DNA of 64,000 nucleotides from an uncultured archaeon (GCA_938023865.1 CALJDG010000019.1:852-64851), one strand, 5' to 3'; counted from the stretch's first letter, positions 18,088 through 28,114 are shown. Notes: generated from the sequence alone by a model not told the origin. Numbers and translations are program-made.

Positions 18088-19881
18088 TTGAATCTATTCA
18101 TATTCCTTTTAATTTGGGCAGTAGTTTGGTATATTCCAATACCTCCACAGAGAAATAGCTGGAGGAAGTCTAGGCGGATAATTTCTCTTCTTTTGGGCTT
18201 GTTTCTATTCTTTATAATCCAGTTTTCCCAGCCTCCATTAAGTGTATTTGTGTATCTTCTTGTTTTCCTTAGGTTGTTTGCCGCCTTTGTGGAGTCAGCT
18301 TTTTCTATAAAGCCGATTGGTCCAGAAGAAGCTGAAAAGAACTATTATTATCATTATAGGCGTTTGCCGTGGAAGATTTCATTGAAGGTCAGGGCGAGGC
18401 TTTTAGGCATTTTGTTTCTAATCTACTTGCTTTTAGCCTCCACAATGATTGTTTTTTGGCAGGTTCAGAGAGTAGCTAACGCCACATACTTTTTTAACAA
18501 CTTTATCCATGTGGAGTCTGGATTGCCCTTCAATACCGAAATTCCAGACAACATGGTGCGCCTTGTCACTGAGGAGCTTGCCATTTCAGTAGCCCGACGC
18601 CACATGTCGGAGTTCGGAAGTAACACCCAAGTTTTAGGATGCCACATCACAAAAACAGTGGAAGGCAAATTGGTCTGGGTTGCCGTCATAGGCTCAACAA
18701 ACGTTATAGCTGAAAACTATGTGAAAGGTTTTGTAATAATAGACGCCACAGATCCATTGGCGCCCCCTAAAATTTTGAGAAGGGAATTTGCCGTTGGCGA
18801 ATCCTTATGGTTTGACCATAACATCCACTTCTGCTCCTACATAAATGACATGTCAAAGTGTTATGGTGTTGCCTACATAACATGGAATTTCGAAACAAAC
18901 GAGACGGTGTACGTTGTAACCCGCTATAGTTTTGGCTTTGACCTAATAAGGCGTTATGAAACCCTGATAATCTATGATGAGAAGGGCAACCCTTATCCCC
19001 AATCAGGGTCGCTACTTCAGATCCCTACCTGGGTTACGCAAGTTTACGATGAAACATGGCTTGAAGAAATGATAAACGAGATGGGGAACTTCAGAAGGGG
19101 CGCGGGTTTTGATTATTGGGCTGGAGGATTCTTGTGGCTTATTCCACCAAGCCGAGAACGCTTCGAGATGACAGAGGACACACGTTACATCGTAGACCCA
19201 GAAACAGGCGATGTTGTGGCCTTAATCTGTGTGAACCCTATTGGTAATAAACGGACCCTTTCTGGAGTCTTTAAAGCCACAAGAGGCAGCATATTCTTCT
19301 GCGATTTCAGGCAAGCCAACTACATTTCAGGCATGACAGCCGAAGACCTTGTGGAGGGAAGACTTCCAAAACCTGCAGCTGGCATGTATGACGCAGAAAT
19401 GCCGCTTCTATATCCGGTGCAAATATCTCCTGGCAATTATCGACTTGCATGGTATGTGCCCATTTACTGGCGTGAAGCCATAAAGGGAAAAGAAGAAACT
19501 ATCTATTTGGCGGGTTTCGCTATAGTTGATGCAGAAGAAACAAGTAAAATAGCTATAAAAATACATGAGGAGGGTATGACAAGCGAACAGCTTGTACGCA
19601 CTACTAGACTAGAATACCTTAAACTTTTTGGGATTATAACTGAAATAGAGGTTAGCGCCAAAGTTTTGGGCAAATACGAGTATGTGGAGGATGGGACAAC
19701 TCACATAGTTCTCCGTTTAGATAATACTACGTACGAGTGGGTAGAAGCAACCCCTAAAGATCTTCCCTCACCTCAATGGAACAAGTTAATGGCGACGGAA
19801 AAAGGTCAGATTGTGGCTTTGCTTATCGAAAAACGCGGAGAAAAATGGATAATAACATATTTCGAAAACCCAAAAGTCTAA
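18088..19881 (+). CDS. hypothetical membrane-anchored protein (597 aa)
   Basis: About 4 N-terminal hydrophobic helices in residues 1-130, then a soluble region of about 460 aa rich in aromatic residues. I recognise no family motif. TTG start. Confidence 0.6.
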   Translation: MNLFIFLLIWAVVWYIPIPPQRNSWRKSRRIISLLLGLFLFFIIQFSQPPLSVFVYLLVFLRLFAAFVESAFSIKPIGPEEAEKNYYYHYRRLPWKISLKVRARLLGILFLIYLLLASTMIVFWQVQRVANATYFFNNFIHVESGLPFNTEIPDNMVRLVTEELAISVARRHMSEFGSNTQVLGCHITKTVEGKLVWVAVIGSTNVIAENYVKGFVIIDATDPLAPPKILRREFAVGESLWFDHNIHFCSYINDMSKCYGVAYITWNFETNETVYVVTRYSFGFDLIRRYETLIIYDEKGNPYPQSGSLLQIPTWVTQVYDETWLEEMINEMGNFRRGAGFDYWAGGFLWLIPPSRERFEMTEDTRYIVDPETGDVVALICVNPIGNKRTLSGVFKATRGSIFFCDFRQANYISGMTAEDLVEGRLPKPAAGMYDAEMPLLYPVQISPGNYRLAWYVPIYWREAIKGKEETIYLAGFAIVDAEETSKIAIKIHEEGMTSEQLVRTTRLEYLKLFGIITEIEVSAKVLGKYEYVEDGTTHIVLRLDNTTYEWVEATPKDLPSPQWNKLMATEKGQIVALLIEKRGEKWIITYFENPKV

Positions 19882-19943
19882 TTAGAAAACATAACTTTTA
19901 AGGCACTATTGGCTTCTCCTCCACACAAGTATAGCCTTAGAAA

Positions 19944-19955
19944 CTTTTATTTTCT
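19944..19955 (+). terminator. oligo-T tract downstream of ORF 18088-19881
   Basis: CTTTTATTTTCT lies 63 nt after the stop. Archaeal RNA polymerase terminates at oligo-T tracts. Confidence 0.3.
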
Positions 19956-19971
19956 GTGAAGTTTAAGATAC

Positions 19972-19980
19972 AAATAAAAA
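19972..19980 (-). terminator. oligo-T tract immediately downstream of aor
   Basis: The minus strand reads TTTTTATTT starting 3 nt after the aor stop codon. Confidence 0.3.
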
Positions 19981-19983
19981 GCG

Positions 19984-21834
19984 TTATTGAGTTAACGTAA
20001 GGTTTTTCGATAGTTGGTGGGCCGCATCCTTCAAACCAAGCCTTTCAAAGGTTGTTAATGTGGGTATTCCTCTTTTGTCCCATCCGCGTTTCGCATAAAA
20101 CGCATCGAGAAGCGTGTCAAACTTCGCTTTATCAAGCCTTGCTCCTTTATGGGGACCCTTTGTGATGGGCTCTGTAAACCAGCGTTTTGGCGGGTAATCC
20201 ATTAGGCGACTCCAACTTTGGCCGAACTCCCGTACCCAGAAGGCCCTTATTAGGACGTATATCCTGTCAGCTATTCTATAAAGCATGTCTTCAAGCGTTA
20301 CCTCCATGCCGGTGGCCGTCTTCATAAGCCTCGGGTACCACTCCAGCGGAAAACCGAGTTCAATCCATGGAAGTCGACATGCAACAAGAGATTCAAACAT
20401 TCCTCCCCTTATTCTCTGGAACTCTATTACTTTATCCACTTTGGCTTCTGTGTATCCTTCTCTGTCTGTTCTTATTTCCCACGCGATGACCCACGCCTCT
20501 TTATGGTGGGCACCTATTGATGACGTTGCAAAGGCGAGAGCCATCCCAGGGACAGTGTGACAATCATAGGCTGACACCTCGAGCCCCTTAATATGCATAG
20601 CCCAATTTTGTGAATCCCCACCGAGTTTTTGGCTTATCCTCATAACTCCTTCAGCTAGTAAGTTTCCAAGCTCTCCACGTCGGTATGCAATATCATGAAT
20701 TAAGGTTTTTACTTTTTCAAAATCTCCCCACTCCACTCCGTCTTTAATCAGCCCTTTCTCAGCTGCTTCCATCGCAAATCCTATGTTGTTACCCAAAGAA
20801 ATAGTGTCTATGCCAAGTTCGTCTGCCATCCTATTTAAAACGGAGACTTTTCCAAGATGCCCCAACCCAATATTCGAGCCTAACATGGCAACATTTTCAT
20901 AATCAAGTTCGGACTCCTTACCCTCAAAGTCGATTACAACATTTCCACACGCCATATTACAGTATGGACAACCTCTACGTTTAACTTTAGCCGCCTCCAT
21001 CGCAAAACCATTTATGAGATTACCAAATTCAAAGACGCCCTCTTTGAAGTTATAGGCAGGTAAAACACCGTTTTCATTAGCCCAATCTATAGTTGCCATC
21101 GTTCCCTGCCTTATCCAGAAGCCATAATAGTCTCTGCTTCTAATGTCGTCATAAGCCTCCTTAACGAGCCTATTATAACCCTCGGGATCTGCTAAAGGAA
21201 TATCTTTTGATCCCTTAAAGACTATAGCCTTAACCTTTTTAGAGCCCATAACGGCGCCCATTCCGGGCCTACCGCCGGCTCGCCCTTCCTGTGAAACAAT
21301 CGTTGCGTATCTAACCATGTTTTCTCCGCCAGGTCCTATGACGAGTGCTCCAACATCTTTTCCATGCACCTCTCTGAGCTCCTTCTCCGCTTCAAAAGTT
21401 GTCTTACCCCACATACCATTTGCACTTAAAATGCAGCCCTTATTCTCCTCCACATAGATATAAACGGGTCTCTCAGCTTTTCCTTCCACGACTAAGGCGT
21501 CAAATCCAGCCCTCCGCATCTGCACTGCAGCCATAGTTCCGACATTCCCATCCCCATAACCCCAAGTAAGCGGACTTTTGGCGGCTATGACCAACTTCCC
21601 TAAACTTGGTCCAGGAAGGCCCGTTAGCGGACCAGCAGCAACTACAAGCTTGTTTTCAGGACTAAAAGGATCTATTTCCGGTTTTAACTCATCGAAGAGG
21701 ACCTTAGCGGCAAAACCCCTTCCACCAATATATTTTAAAGCGAAATTAACGTCGTACTCTTCAACATCAACTTTCCTCTTTGAAAGGTTAACCCTTAAAA
21801 TCTTGCCGTTCCACCCATACATCTCCATCACCAT
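19984..21834 (-). CDS. aor: aldehyde:ferredoxin oxidoreductase family (tungstopterin enzyme)
   Basis: The N-terminus [18 protein letters not shown] is typical of AOR. Length is about 610 aa. It also carries the [12 protein letters not shown] and CPYCNMACG regions. Confidence 0.9.
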   Translation of the reverse strand: MVMEMYGWNGKILRVNLSKRKVDVEEYDVNFALKYIGGRGFAAKVLFDELKPEIDPFSPENKLVVAAGPLTGLPGPSLGKLVIAAKSPLTWGYGDGNVGTMAAVQMRRAGFDALVVEGKAERPVYIYVEENKGCILSANGMWGKTTFEAEKELREVHGKDVGALVIGPGGENMVRYATIVSQEGRAGGRPGMGAVMGSKKVKAIVFKGSKDIPLADPEGYNRLVKEAYDDIRSRDYYGFWIRQGTMATIDWANENGVLPAYNFKEGVFEFGNLINGFAMEAAKVKRRGCPYCNMACGNVVIDFEGKESELDYENVAMLGSNIGLGHLGKVSVLNRMADELGIDTISLGNNIGFAMEAAEKGLIKDGVEWGDFEKVKTLIHDIAYRRGELGNLLAEGVMRISQKLGGDSQNWAMHIKGLEVSAYDCHTVPGMALAFATSSIGAHHKEAWVIAWEIRTDREGYTEAKVDKVIEFQRIRGGMFESLVACRLPWIELGFPLEWYPRLMKTATGMEVTLEDMLYRIADRIYVLIRAFWVREFGQSWSRLMDYPPKRWFTEPITKGPHKGARLDKAKFDTLLDAFYAKRGWDKRGIPTLTTFERLGLKDAAHQLSKNLTLTQ

Positions 21835-21900
21835 CTAAGCACGCATATCTTTTACTAAATTCTGCCCTTATATTAGACAGCTAACATATTAAGAGTTTCA

Positions 21901-22437
21901 TTAGTAAATTGATACTTTTGCCACGCCTTTTACTTTTAGAAATTCTGGAATTAGCTCTCCAGGAATTTTCTTCTCAGCTATTAATGTTAGCTTTGGTTCT
22001 GGCGATAGTTCTGGGTCATCAACTATTGCTTGCCTTATACTTAAGCCGTTTTTTGCCAGTATCATGGCTGAATTTGCCAATATGCCGGGTATTCTGGCGT
22101 CTATCGGGGTTATTTCCACAACTCCAAGCTCCAGGTATTTTGCTATTTCCTTTAAGGAGTGCCCAGCGGGCCTTAAGCCTTCAAATATGAGTCGGAGCTC
22201 ACGATTAGTTCTTATAGTGTTTATTGTTTCATTTACTGTTCTTCTATCTACGTCGGCTACTCTTGCTATGCGGGTTGGTGGGATTTCTATTTCATTTAGG
22301 TATATTTTTCCATTTTTTATGCACAGTCCGTTTTCTACAAGGATTCTTGCTACTTTTAGGCGTTCAGGATAGTTCTCGAAGTGCCTTTTTATTGTTTCCC
22401 ACATATTTCTGTCTGCCTGATGTACTTTTTTGCGCAA
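21901..22437 (-). CDS. ACT-domain regulator of amino-acid metabolism (COG2150-like), N-terminal HTH
   Basis: 178 aa. HTH-like RIARVADVDRRTVNETI. The C-terminal part (VEITPIDARIPGILANSAMILAKNGLSIRQAIV) resembles an ACT fold. Divergent from trpB2. The family assignment is from memory of the COG2150 architecture. Confidence 0.55.
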   Translation of the reverse strand: MRKKVHQADRNMWETIKRHFENYPERLKVARILVENGLCIKNGKIYLNEIEIPPTRIARVADVDRRTVNETINTIRTNRELRLIFEGLRPAGHSLKEIAKYLELGVVEITPIDARIPGILANSAMILAKNGLSIRQAIVDDPELSPEPKLTLIAEKKIPGELIPEFLKVKGVAKVSIY

Positions 22438-22494
22438 TAAAGTATAAATATGTTCAGTGTTTTATTATGTGCTTAAATGTATTAAAATGCACAG

Positions 22495-23868
22495 ATGGGG
22501 ATCATAATGAGCTTTAAGGCTCAGAAAAACGAATATTTCACGCCGCTAGAAGCAGATGAAATACCTGCCGCATGGTACAACATTCAAGCAGACCTGCCAG
22601 AACAGCTTCCGCCACCACTGGACCCCACAACCCTAAAACCCATAGACCCAAAACTTTTGGAAAGAATATTTGCAAAAGAGCTAATTAGGCAAGAGGTTTC
22701 CACGGAGCGCTTCATAAAAATTCCAGAGGATGTTTTAGAGGCCTATTTGAGACTACCAAGACCAACCCCGCTTTATAGAGCTAGCAGACTTGAAAGGTTT
22801 CTTAAAACTCCAGCGAAAATCTACTTTAAATGCGAAAACTTTAGTCCAACGGGAAGCCACAAGACGAATACTGCCATAGCCCAAGCCTACTACAACAAAG
22901 AGCAGGGGATAAAAAGGCTTGTAACTGAAACTGGCGCAGGACAGTGGGGTACAGCCCTTGCCTTCGCATGCGCAATTTTCAGTTTGATGTGCCGAATATA
23001 CATGGTCCGCGTCAGCTACCAGCAGAAGCCGGGAAGAAGAACTATAGCACAGTTATATGGCGCTGAGATGTTTCCTTCACCAAGCGACCAGACAAACTTT
23101 GGGAGAAAACTCTTAAAAGAAAATCCAAATCATCCAGGAACTTTGGGCATTGCCATAAGCGAAGCCATAGAAGACACGGTAACGCATGAGGACACAAGAT
23201 ATTCTTTGGGCTCTGTTTTAAACCATGTGCTGTTGCATCAGACCATCATAGGCTTAGAGGCCAAAAAACAGTTTGAAATTATTGGCGAGTACCCGGATGT
23301 TGTCTGCGGATGCATAGGCGGAGGCTCCAATTATGCTGGTTTCAGCTATCCATTCATGATGGACAAGCTTAAAGGCAAAACTGAAACAGAGTTTGTGGCT
23401 TGCGAGTCTAAGGCTGTTCCCCACACGACCAAAGGAGTTTATACATACGATTTCGGCGACACAGCTGAAATGACGCCACTACTTAAAATGCTAACAATAG
23501 GGCATGGCTACGCATGTCCCCCAATACACGCTGGAGGCTTAAGATACCATGGCATGGCGCCTTCGATATCTTACCTAATTTATAAAGGGTATATGCGTTC
23601 AGTAGCCTACCACCAAACCGAAGTCTTCCAGGCTGCGCAGATTCTGGCCCAAGCCGAGGGGCTCATAATAGCGCCAGAAACAGCCCATAGTCTAAAGTTC
23701 GTTATTGACGAGGCCTTGCTATGTCGAAAAACCGGTGAAAAGAAAGTTATTGCCATGAATTATAGCGGACATGGACTGCTGGATCTAGGCGCCTACGAAC
23801 AGTTCCTAGCCGGTAAGCTAATGGATTATGAGCCGGAAAAAATCGAAGCTCCCACGATTGTTAAATAA
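22495..23868 (+). CDS. trpB2: TrpB2-type tryptophan synthase beta-like PLP enzyme
   Basis: NFSPTGSHKTNTAIAQAYYNKEQG, TETGAGQWGTALA and GCIGGGSNYAG. The long N-terminal extension and 457-aa length are typical of TrpB2 rather than TrpB1. Confidence 0.9.
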   Translation: MGIIMSFKAQKNEYFTPLEADEIPAAWYNIQADLPEQLPPPLDPTTLKPIDPKLLERIFAKELIRQEVSTERFIKIPEDVLEAYLRLPRPTPLYRASRLERFLKTPAKIYFKCENFSPTGSHKTNTAIAQAYYNKEQGIKRLVTETGAGQWGTALAFACAIFSLMCRIYMVRVSYQQKPGRRTIAQLYGAEMFPSPSDQTNFGRKLLKENPNHPGTLGIAISEAIEDTVTHEDTRYSLGSVLNHVLLHQTIIGLEAKKQFEIIGEYPDVVCGCIGGGSNYAGFSYPFMMDKLKGKTETEFVACESKAVPHTTKGVYTYDFGDTAEMTPLLKMLTIGHGYACPPIHAGGLRYHGMAPSISYLIYKGYMRSVAYHQTEVFQAAQILAQAEGLIIAPETAHSLKFVIDEALLCRKTGEKKVIAMNYSGHGLLDLGAYEQFLAGKLMDYEPEKIEAPTIVK

Positions 23869-23889
23869 CGTCTAAAGGGCGACAGACAA

Positions 23890-24534
23890 GTGACAACAAC
23901 CCAAACCAACAATGTAGAGCAGTTTAAAATTGTACTTTTACCCATCGATGCATTAAAGCCCCACGAGAAAGGTTCTTCATTATATTTAGAGATGCTGAAA
24001 AGAGAGATTCTAAAGGACGGAGTTCTAAAATATCCGATAATTGCCGATGAAAAAACAAACATTATTCTTGACGGAATGCACAGGTGGCTTGCTCTAAAAA
24101 GTTTGGGTTGCGCACAAATACCAGTTCTGCAAGTCAACCTACTCCAAAACCCTCAAATTCGCATTGGGAGGAGGCGGATCCATCGGTATATTGGCAACTC
24201 GAACCCGCTGATAACGGCCGAGAATGTGGTTTCGGCAGCGCTTAGCGGAAAGTTGATGGAGCCCCGCACAACAAGACACTTTTTCCCCTTCCTAAAGCCC
24301 CCAAAAGTCAACTATCCACTCAACTACCTAGGAAAAAGCAAGCCTCAAGATGTCACTAAATACCTCGCAGAAACAACGCCAGAGGAGAGCAGAAAAGCCA
24401 TAAAGGGCTGGCTTGAAGAAATATCTGAAGAAATTAATTTCCTGAAACAGAGAATAGAGGAAGTAGAAAAGGAAAGAAAGGAGTTTATTAATAGAGTAAA
24501 GAGCCTGAACAACCACAATTATTCAAGCCGCTAG
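23890..24534 (+). CDS. ParB/sulfiredoxin-fold domain protein (candidate small-molecule kinase) with C-terminal coiled coil
   Basis: The N-terminal 85 aa (LLPIDALKPHE...ILDGMHRWLALKSLG) has the ParB/Srx pattern. GTG start lies 21 nt after the trpB2 stop on the same strand. Confidence 0.6.
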   Translation: MTTTQTNNVEQFKIVLLPIDALKPHEKGSSLYLEMLKREILKDGVLKYPIIADEKTNIILDGMHRWLALKSLGCAQIPVLQVNLLQNPQIRIGRRRIHRYIGNSNPLITAENVVSAALSGKLMEPRTTRHFFPFLKPPKVNYPLNYLGKSKPQDVTKYLAETTPEESRKAIKGWLEEISEEINFLKQRIEEVEKERKEFINRVKSLNNHNYSSR

Positions 24535-24691
24535 TCCTAATCTTTCAATACTGTTTCACAACTGTGCTAAAATTATGAAGAGCATCATACTTGTAAAGAA
24601 AAATTCATTCAAGCTGTAAACATGACATAGAGTATATTATGGACTTTCTAGCAAGTTTTAATAAATTTGAAGATAGCATACTAACGAGGAC

Positions 24692-25807
24692 TTGGCTGTG
24701 ATTCCTATAAATGCTCCGCAAATAGGCGAAGAGGAGATTGCGGCTGCCGTAAATGTTTTGAAAAGCGGTATTCTCACCCATGCACTTGGTTCTGGTCCTA
24801 TGGTAAAGCGTTTTGAAGAGGATTTCGCGCGTTTCGTTGAGGCTAAAAACGCCATAGCCGTAAACAGCGGAACTGCGGCCTTGCACATGGCTCTCATTGC
24901 CATTGGCGTAAAACGAGGCGATGAGGTGGTTTTGCCGAGCTTCACCTTTGTGGCAACAGCTGAAACTGTTATTATGGCTGGGGCGAAACCAGTTTTTGTG
25001 GACATTGATCCTGAAACATACAATATTTCCTTGGAGGCTGTTGAAAAGGTACTAACAAAGAAGACGAAGGCGGTGATCGTCGTAGACCTTTATGGTTCGC
25101 CCGCGGATCTAAAACCGATAAGAGAGATGGCTAACAAATGTGGATTGAAGGTTATTGAGGATGCTGCCCAAGCCCATGGGGCGACCTATAACGGCAAACC
25201 AGTGGGTGCATACGCGGACGTTGCCTGTTGGAGCTTTTATGCAAGCAAAAACATGACAACGGGGGAAGGCGGCATGATAACCACAAATGATGATGCGGTT
25301 GCCGAAACCCTTAGACTTATAAGAAGCCACGGTGAGAAGGAAAAGTATAAGTCCATCCTTTTAGGGCACAACTACCGCATGCCAGAAATCGAAGCGGCCA
25401 TAGGCCTTGTGCAGCTTAAAAAATTGCCGAATTTTCTAGCTAAGCGGAAGGAAAACGCGGAAAAACTCACAGCGAAACTACGCGGTGTAAAAAATATTAA
25501 GCTGCCATGCGAACCAAAGGGCTGTGGAAACAGTTGGTACCTTTATACAATAAAAATCGAAGATGCGGATAGAGCAAAGAGAGACACAATAGTTGAAAAT
25601 TTAAGGAGGGAAGGCATAGGCGCTGAGGTCTACTATCCATGGCCCATCCATTTAATGCCATATTATCGTAAGTTTAGAAAGGGAAAGCTCACAGAAACAG
25701 AGAAAGCCTCGGAGCAAGTTTTTTCCTTACCTGTTCATCCCGGAGTTACGGCGGAGCAGATAGAATTTATAGGCGAGGCGGTTTCTCGTTTGGTTAGGCA
25801 TGTTTGA
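24692..25807 (+). CDS. DegT/DnrJ/EryC1/StrS family sugar aminotransferase
   Basis: NSGTAALHMAL, DAAQAHGA and SFYASKNMTTGEGG (PLP lysine). Length is 371 aa. Start is TTG 24692 or GTG 24698. Confidence 0.9.
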   Translation: MAVIPINAPQIGEEEIAAAVNVLKSGILTHALGSGPMVKRFEEDFARFVEAKNAIAVNSGTAALHMALIAIGVKRGDEVVLPSFTFVATAETVIMAGAKPVFVDIDPETYNISLEAVEKVLTKKTKAVIVVDLYGSPADLKPIREMANKCGLKVIEDAAQAHGATYNGKPVGAYADVACWSFYASKNMTTGEGGMITTNDDAVAETLRLIRSHGEKEKYKSILLGHNYRMPEIEAAIGLVQLKKLPNFLAKRKENAEKLTAKLRGVKNIKLPCEPKGCGNSWYLYTIKIEDADRAKRDTIVENLRREGIGAEVYYPWPIHLMPYYRKFRKGKLTETEKASEQVFSLPVHPGVTAEQIEFIGEAVSRLVRHV

Positions 25808-25885
25808 ACAGCTAGGTTTTTATATTTATACCGGCTAGTATAGTGCCTTCACTGAACTTGGTGGTTTTGCGGGGGTACTCACTTT

Positions 25886-27223
25886 ATGGCAAAAGTAAGG
25901 GTTATTATAATGGGCGCAGCCGGAAGGGACTTTCACAATTTTAACGTCTACTTTAGGGATAACGATGCCTATGAAGTTGTGGCTTTCACAGCCACTCAGA
26001 TTCCAGGTATAGAGGGAAGAGTATATCCGCCCGAGCTCGCTGGCAAAAAATATCCGAACGGTGTGCCAATTTATCCAGAAATAGAACTTGCGAGGCTGAT
26101 AAGGGATTTTGACGTTGATCAAGTTATTTTCGCCTACAGCGACGTCTCTCACGAACACGTTATGCACAAAGCGTCAATAGTGCTGGCAAATGGTGCGGAC
26201 TTTAGACTTATGGGGCCAAAGACAACGATGCTTAAGGCTAAAGTTCCATTAATCTCTGTGGGCGCTGTAAGAACTGGTTCCGGAAAAAGCCAAACATCGC
26301 GACAAGTGGCCAAAATCTTGAAAGGTAAAGGCTTAAACGTGGTGGTTGTTAGACATCCTATGCCCTATGGAGACTTGCGCAGGCAGATCTGCCAACGCTT
26401 CGCGTCTCACGAGGATCTTGACCGATATGAGTGCACTATTGAGGAAAGAGAAGAATACGAACCGCACATAGACAATGGAGTGGTTGTATACGCCGGTGTT
26501 GACTACGAGAAGATTTTAAGGGAAGCTGAAAAGGAGGCGGACATCATAGTTTGGGATGGGGGAAACAATGACACCCCCTTTTACAAACCAGACCTTCACA
26601 TAGTTTTGGCAGATCCCCATAGGGCAGGACACGAAATAACGTATCACCCAGGAGAGGCCAACCTCAGGATGGCAAACGTGGTGATAATAAATAAGGTCGA
26701 TACGGCAGATCCCCAAAACGTCAGTTTCGTTAAGGATAATATAAGGAAGGTTAATCCAAACGCTATTATTCTTGAGGCCTCATCACCAATAACCGCTGAC
26801 AAGCCTGAGCTAATTAAAGGTAAACGGGTGCTCGTAATTGAAGATGGTCCCACGTTAACTCACGGAGACATGCCTTACGGTGCAGCAACAATAATGGCAA
26901 AACAGCTTGGAGCAAGCGAGTTAGCTGACCCAAGACCATACGCTGTTGGCTCAATAAAAAAGGCATTTGAAAAGTATCCCCACCTTGGAACAGTTCTCCC
27001 AGCCCTAGGCTATGGAGAAAAGCAAATTGAGGAGCTTAATGAAACAATTATGCGCACACCGTGTGACGTTGTAGTTATCGGAACACCAGTAGATCTAAGA
27101 AGAGTTATGAAAATCTCCAAGCCAACGGTGAGGGTGAAATATGAACTTAAAGTTCTGGGGCCATTATCTCTAGAACAGATTTTGGAAGAATTCATCGGGA
27201 AAGTGCAGAATCATGGGAAATGA
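25886..27223 (+). CDS. COG2403-type P-loop NTPase (predicted GTPase, related to cyclic 2,3-diphosphoglycerate synthetase family)
   Basis: N-terminal RVIIMGAAGRDFHNFN. Walker A-like GAVRTGSGKSQTS. Length is 445 aa. The family call is from memory of this N-terminal signature. Confidence 0.5.
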   Translation: MAKVRVIIMGAAGRDFHNFNVYFRDNDAYEVVAFTATQIPGIEGRVYPPELAGKKYPNGVPIYPEIELARLIRDFDVDQVIFAYSDVSHEHVMHKASIVLANGADFRLMGPKTTMLKAKVPLISVGAVRTGSGKSQTSRQVAKILKGKGLNVVVVRHPMPYGDLRRQICQRFASHEDLDRYECTIEEREEYEPHIDNGVVVYAGVDYEKILREAEKEADIIVWDGGNNDTPFYKPDLHIVLADPHRAGHEITYHPGEANLRMANVVIINKVDTADPQNVSFVKDNIRKVNPNAIILEASSPITADKPELIKGKRVLVIEDGPTLTHGDMPYGAATIMAKQLGASELADPRPYAVGSIKKAFEKYPHLGTVLPALGYGEKQIEELNETIMRTPCDVVVIGTPVDLRRVMKISKPTVRVKYELKVLGPLSLEQILEEFIGKVQNHGK

Positions 27224-27596
27224 AGAAGGCGAAATCTCAAGAATAAAAATAAAATTCGTTATTGAGGGTTTAGGCGAAGCTGAAGCTGAGCTTGTCCGCC
27301 ACCTAGCCCCAAGGACGGTGGACATGATAGTCCGAAAACTACCAATAGTGGGAAGGGCTGCCCTATGGAAGGAAGAAGTATACTTCGAAATTCCGGTAAA
27401 AATGGGTGAAGAAAAAGCGAAAGCCACCGTGGGAAAAGGCACAATAGCCTTCTGGCCCATGGGAAGCGCCCTGTGCATTTTTTTTGGCGAGTCCCAGCCC
27501 TATAGCCCAGTTAACGTTTTAGGGAAGGTTACTAAAAATCTTGAAGTTTTCTGTAAGATAAAAAGTGGAACAACCATTAGGGTTGAAAAGTTATAA
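27213..27596 (+). CDS. cyclophilin-like fold protein (TM1367-like family)
   Basis: GTIAFWPMGSALCIFFGESQPYSPVNVLGKV matches the G-x-IAYW-x-G-x-AL-x-IFFG pattern of this family. It overlaps the upstream gene by 11 nt. Confidence 0.55.
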   Translation: MGNEEGEISRIKIKFVIEGLGEAEAELVRHLAPRTVDMIVRKLPIVGRAALWKEEVYFEIPVKMGEEKAKATVGKGTIAFWPMGSALCIFFGESQPYSPVNVLGKVTKNLEVFCKIKSGTTIRVEKL

Positions 27597-28067
27597 GTAT
27601 ACGCTTTCATTCCAACTTTTCAAAAGTTTTTCACATTCTTCTTTGACGTTTTTCCTATGAGTCCTCTTTTTTAACGTTTCAAGGAATTCTATGCGTTTCT
27701 CAACTGAGCGTCTTTCGGCTTCTCCACCATAATACATTTTTCCTTCAAGATACTCTTTCATGTGATATGCCTTCTGCACAAAAAGGCTTGCGGCGTCGAC
27801 AGGATTTGCCACGGCATACATATTTGCCCAAATAGAGGCTTCAGACTCCCGAAGCTGTGTAAAACCGTCGATTTCAATTATGCTTTTGATATACGACCTT
27901 AAAAAATTGTAATAACCGGCAGCCTTCACGAGTTTCAACGCAACTCTGACCTTTTGCTTAAAATTAAGGCTTCCCTTAACTGTTAATCGATGTTTATAGC
28001 CTTTTCTAACAAGTTTTTCAGCTTTCTTAACTTCGTTGGTGATGTATGCTCTTCGCGGGTGAGACAA
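27591..28067 (-). CDS. hypothetical protein (158 aa, basic, helical)
   Basis: ORF with protein-like composition and no recognised motif. Convergent 6-nt overlap with 27213-27596. Confidence 0.45.
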   Translation of the reverse strand: MSHPRRAYITNEVKKAEKLVRKGYKHRLTVKGSLNFKQKVRVALKLVKAAGYYNFLRSYIKSIIEIDGFTQLRESEASIWANMYAVANPVDAASLFVQKAYHMKEYLEGKMYYGGEAERRSVEKRIEFLETLKKRTHRKNVKEECEKLLKSWNESVYL

Positions 28068-28114
28068 ACATGCTCCACCGTGAAAATTTAGCTAGGCATG
28101 TTATGAAAAATGAT

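Noticed and set aside
22466-22491. Inverted repeat TGTGC-N16-GCACA just upstream of the trpB2 ATG.
   Set aside because: The arms are only 5 bp with a long AT-rich spacer, which is easily expected by chance. It may still overlap the promoter, but the evidence is too weak to report as an operator.
25886-27223. Calling this gene cyclic 2,3-diphosphoglycerate synthetase outright.
   Set aside because: Only the general COG2403-type P-loop N-terminus is recognisable by eye. I recall bona fide cDPG synthetases having a different N-terminal signature. The specific function is therefore left open.
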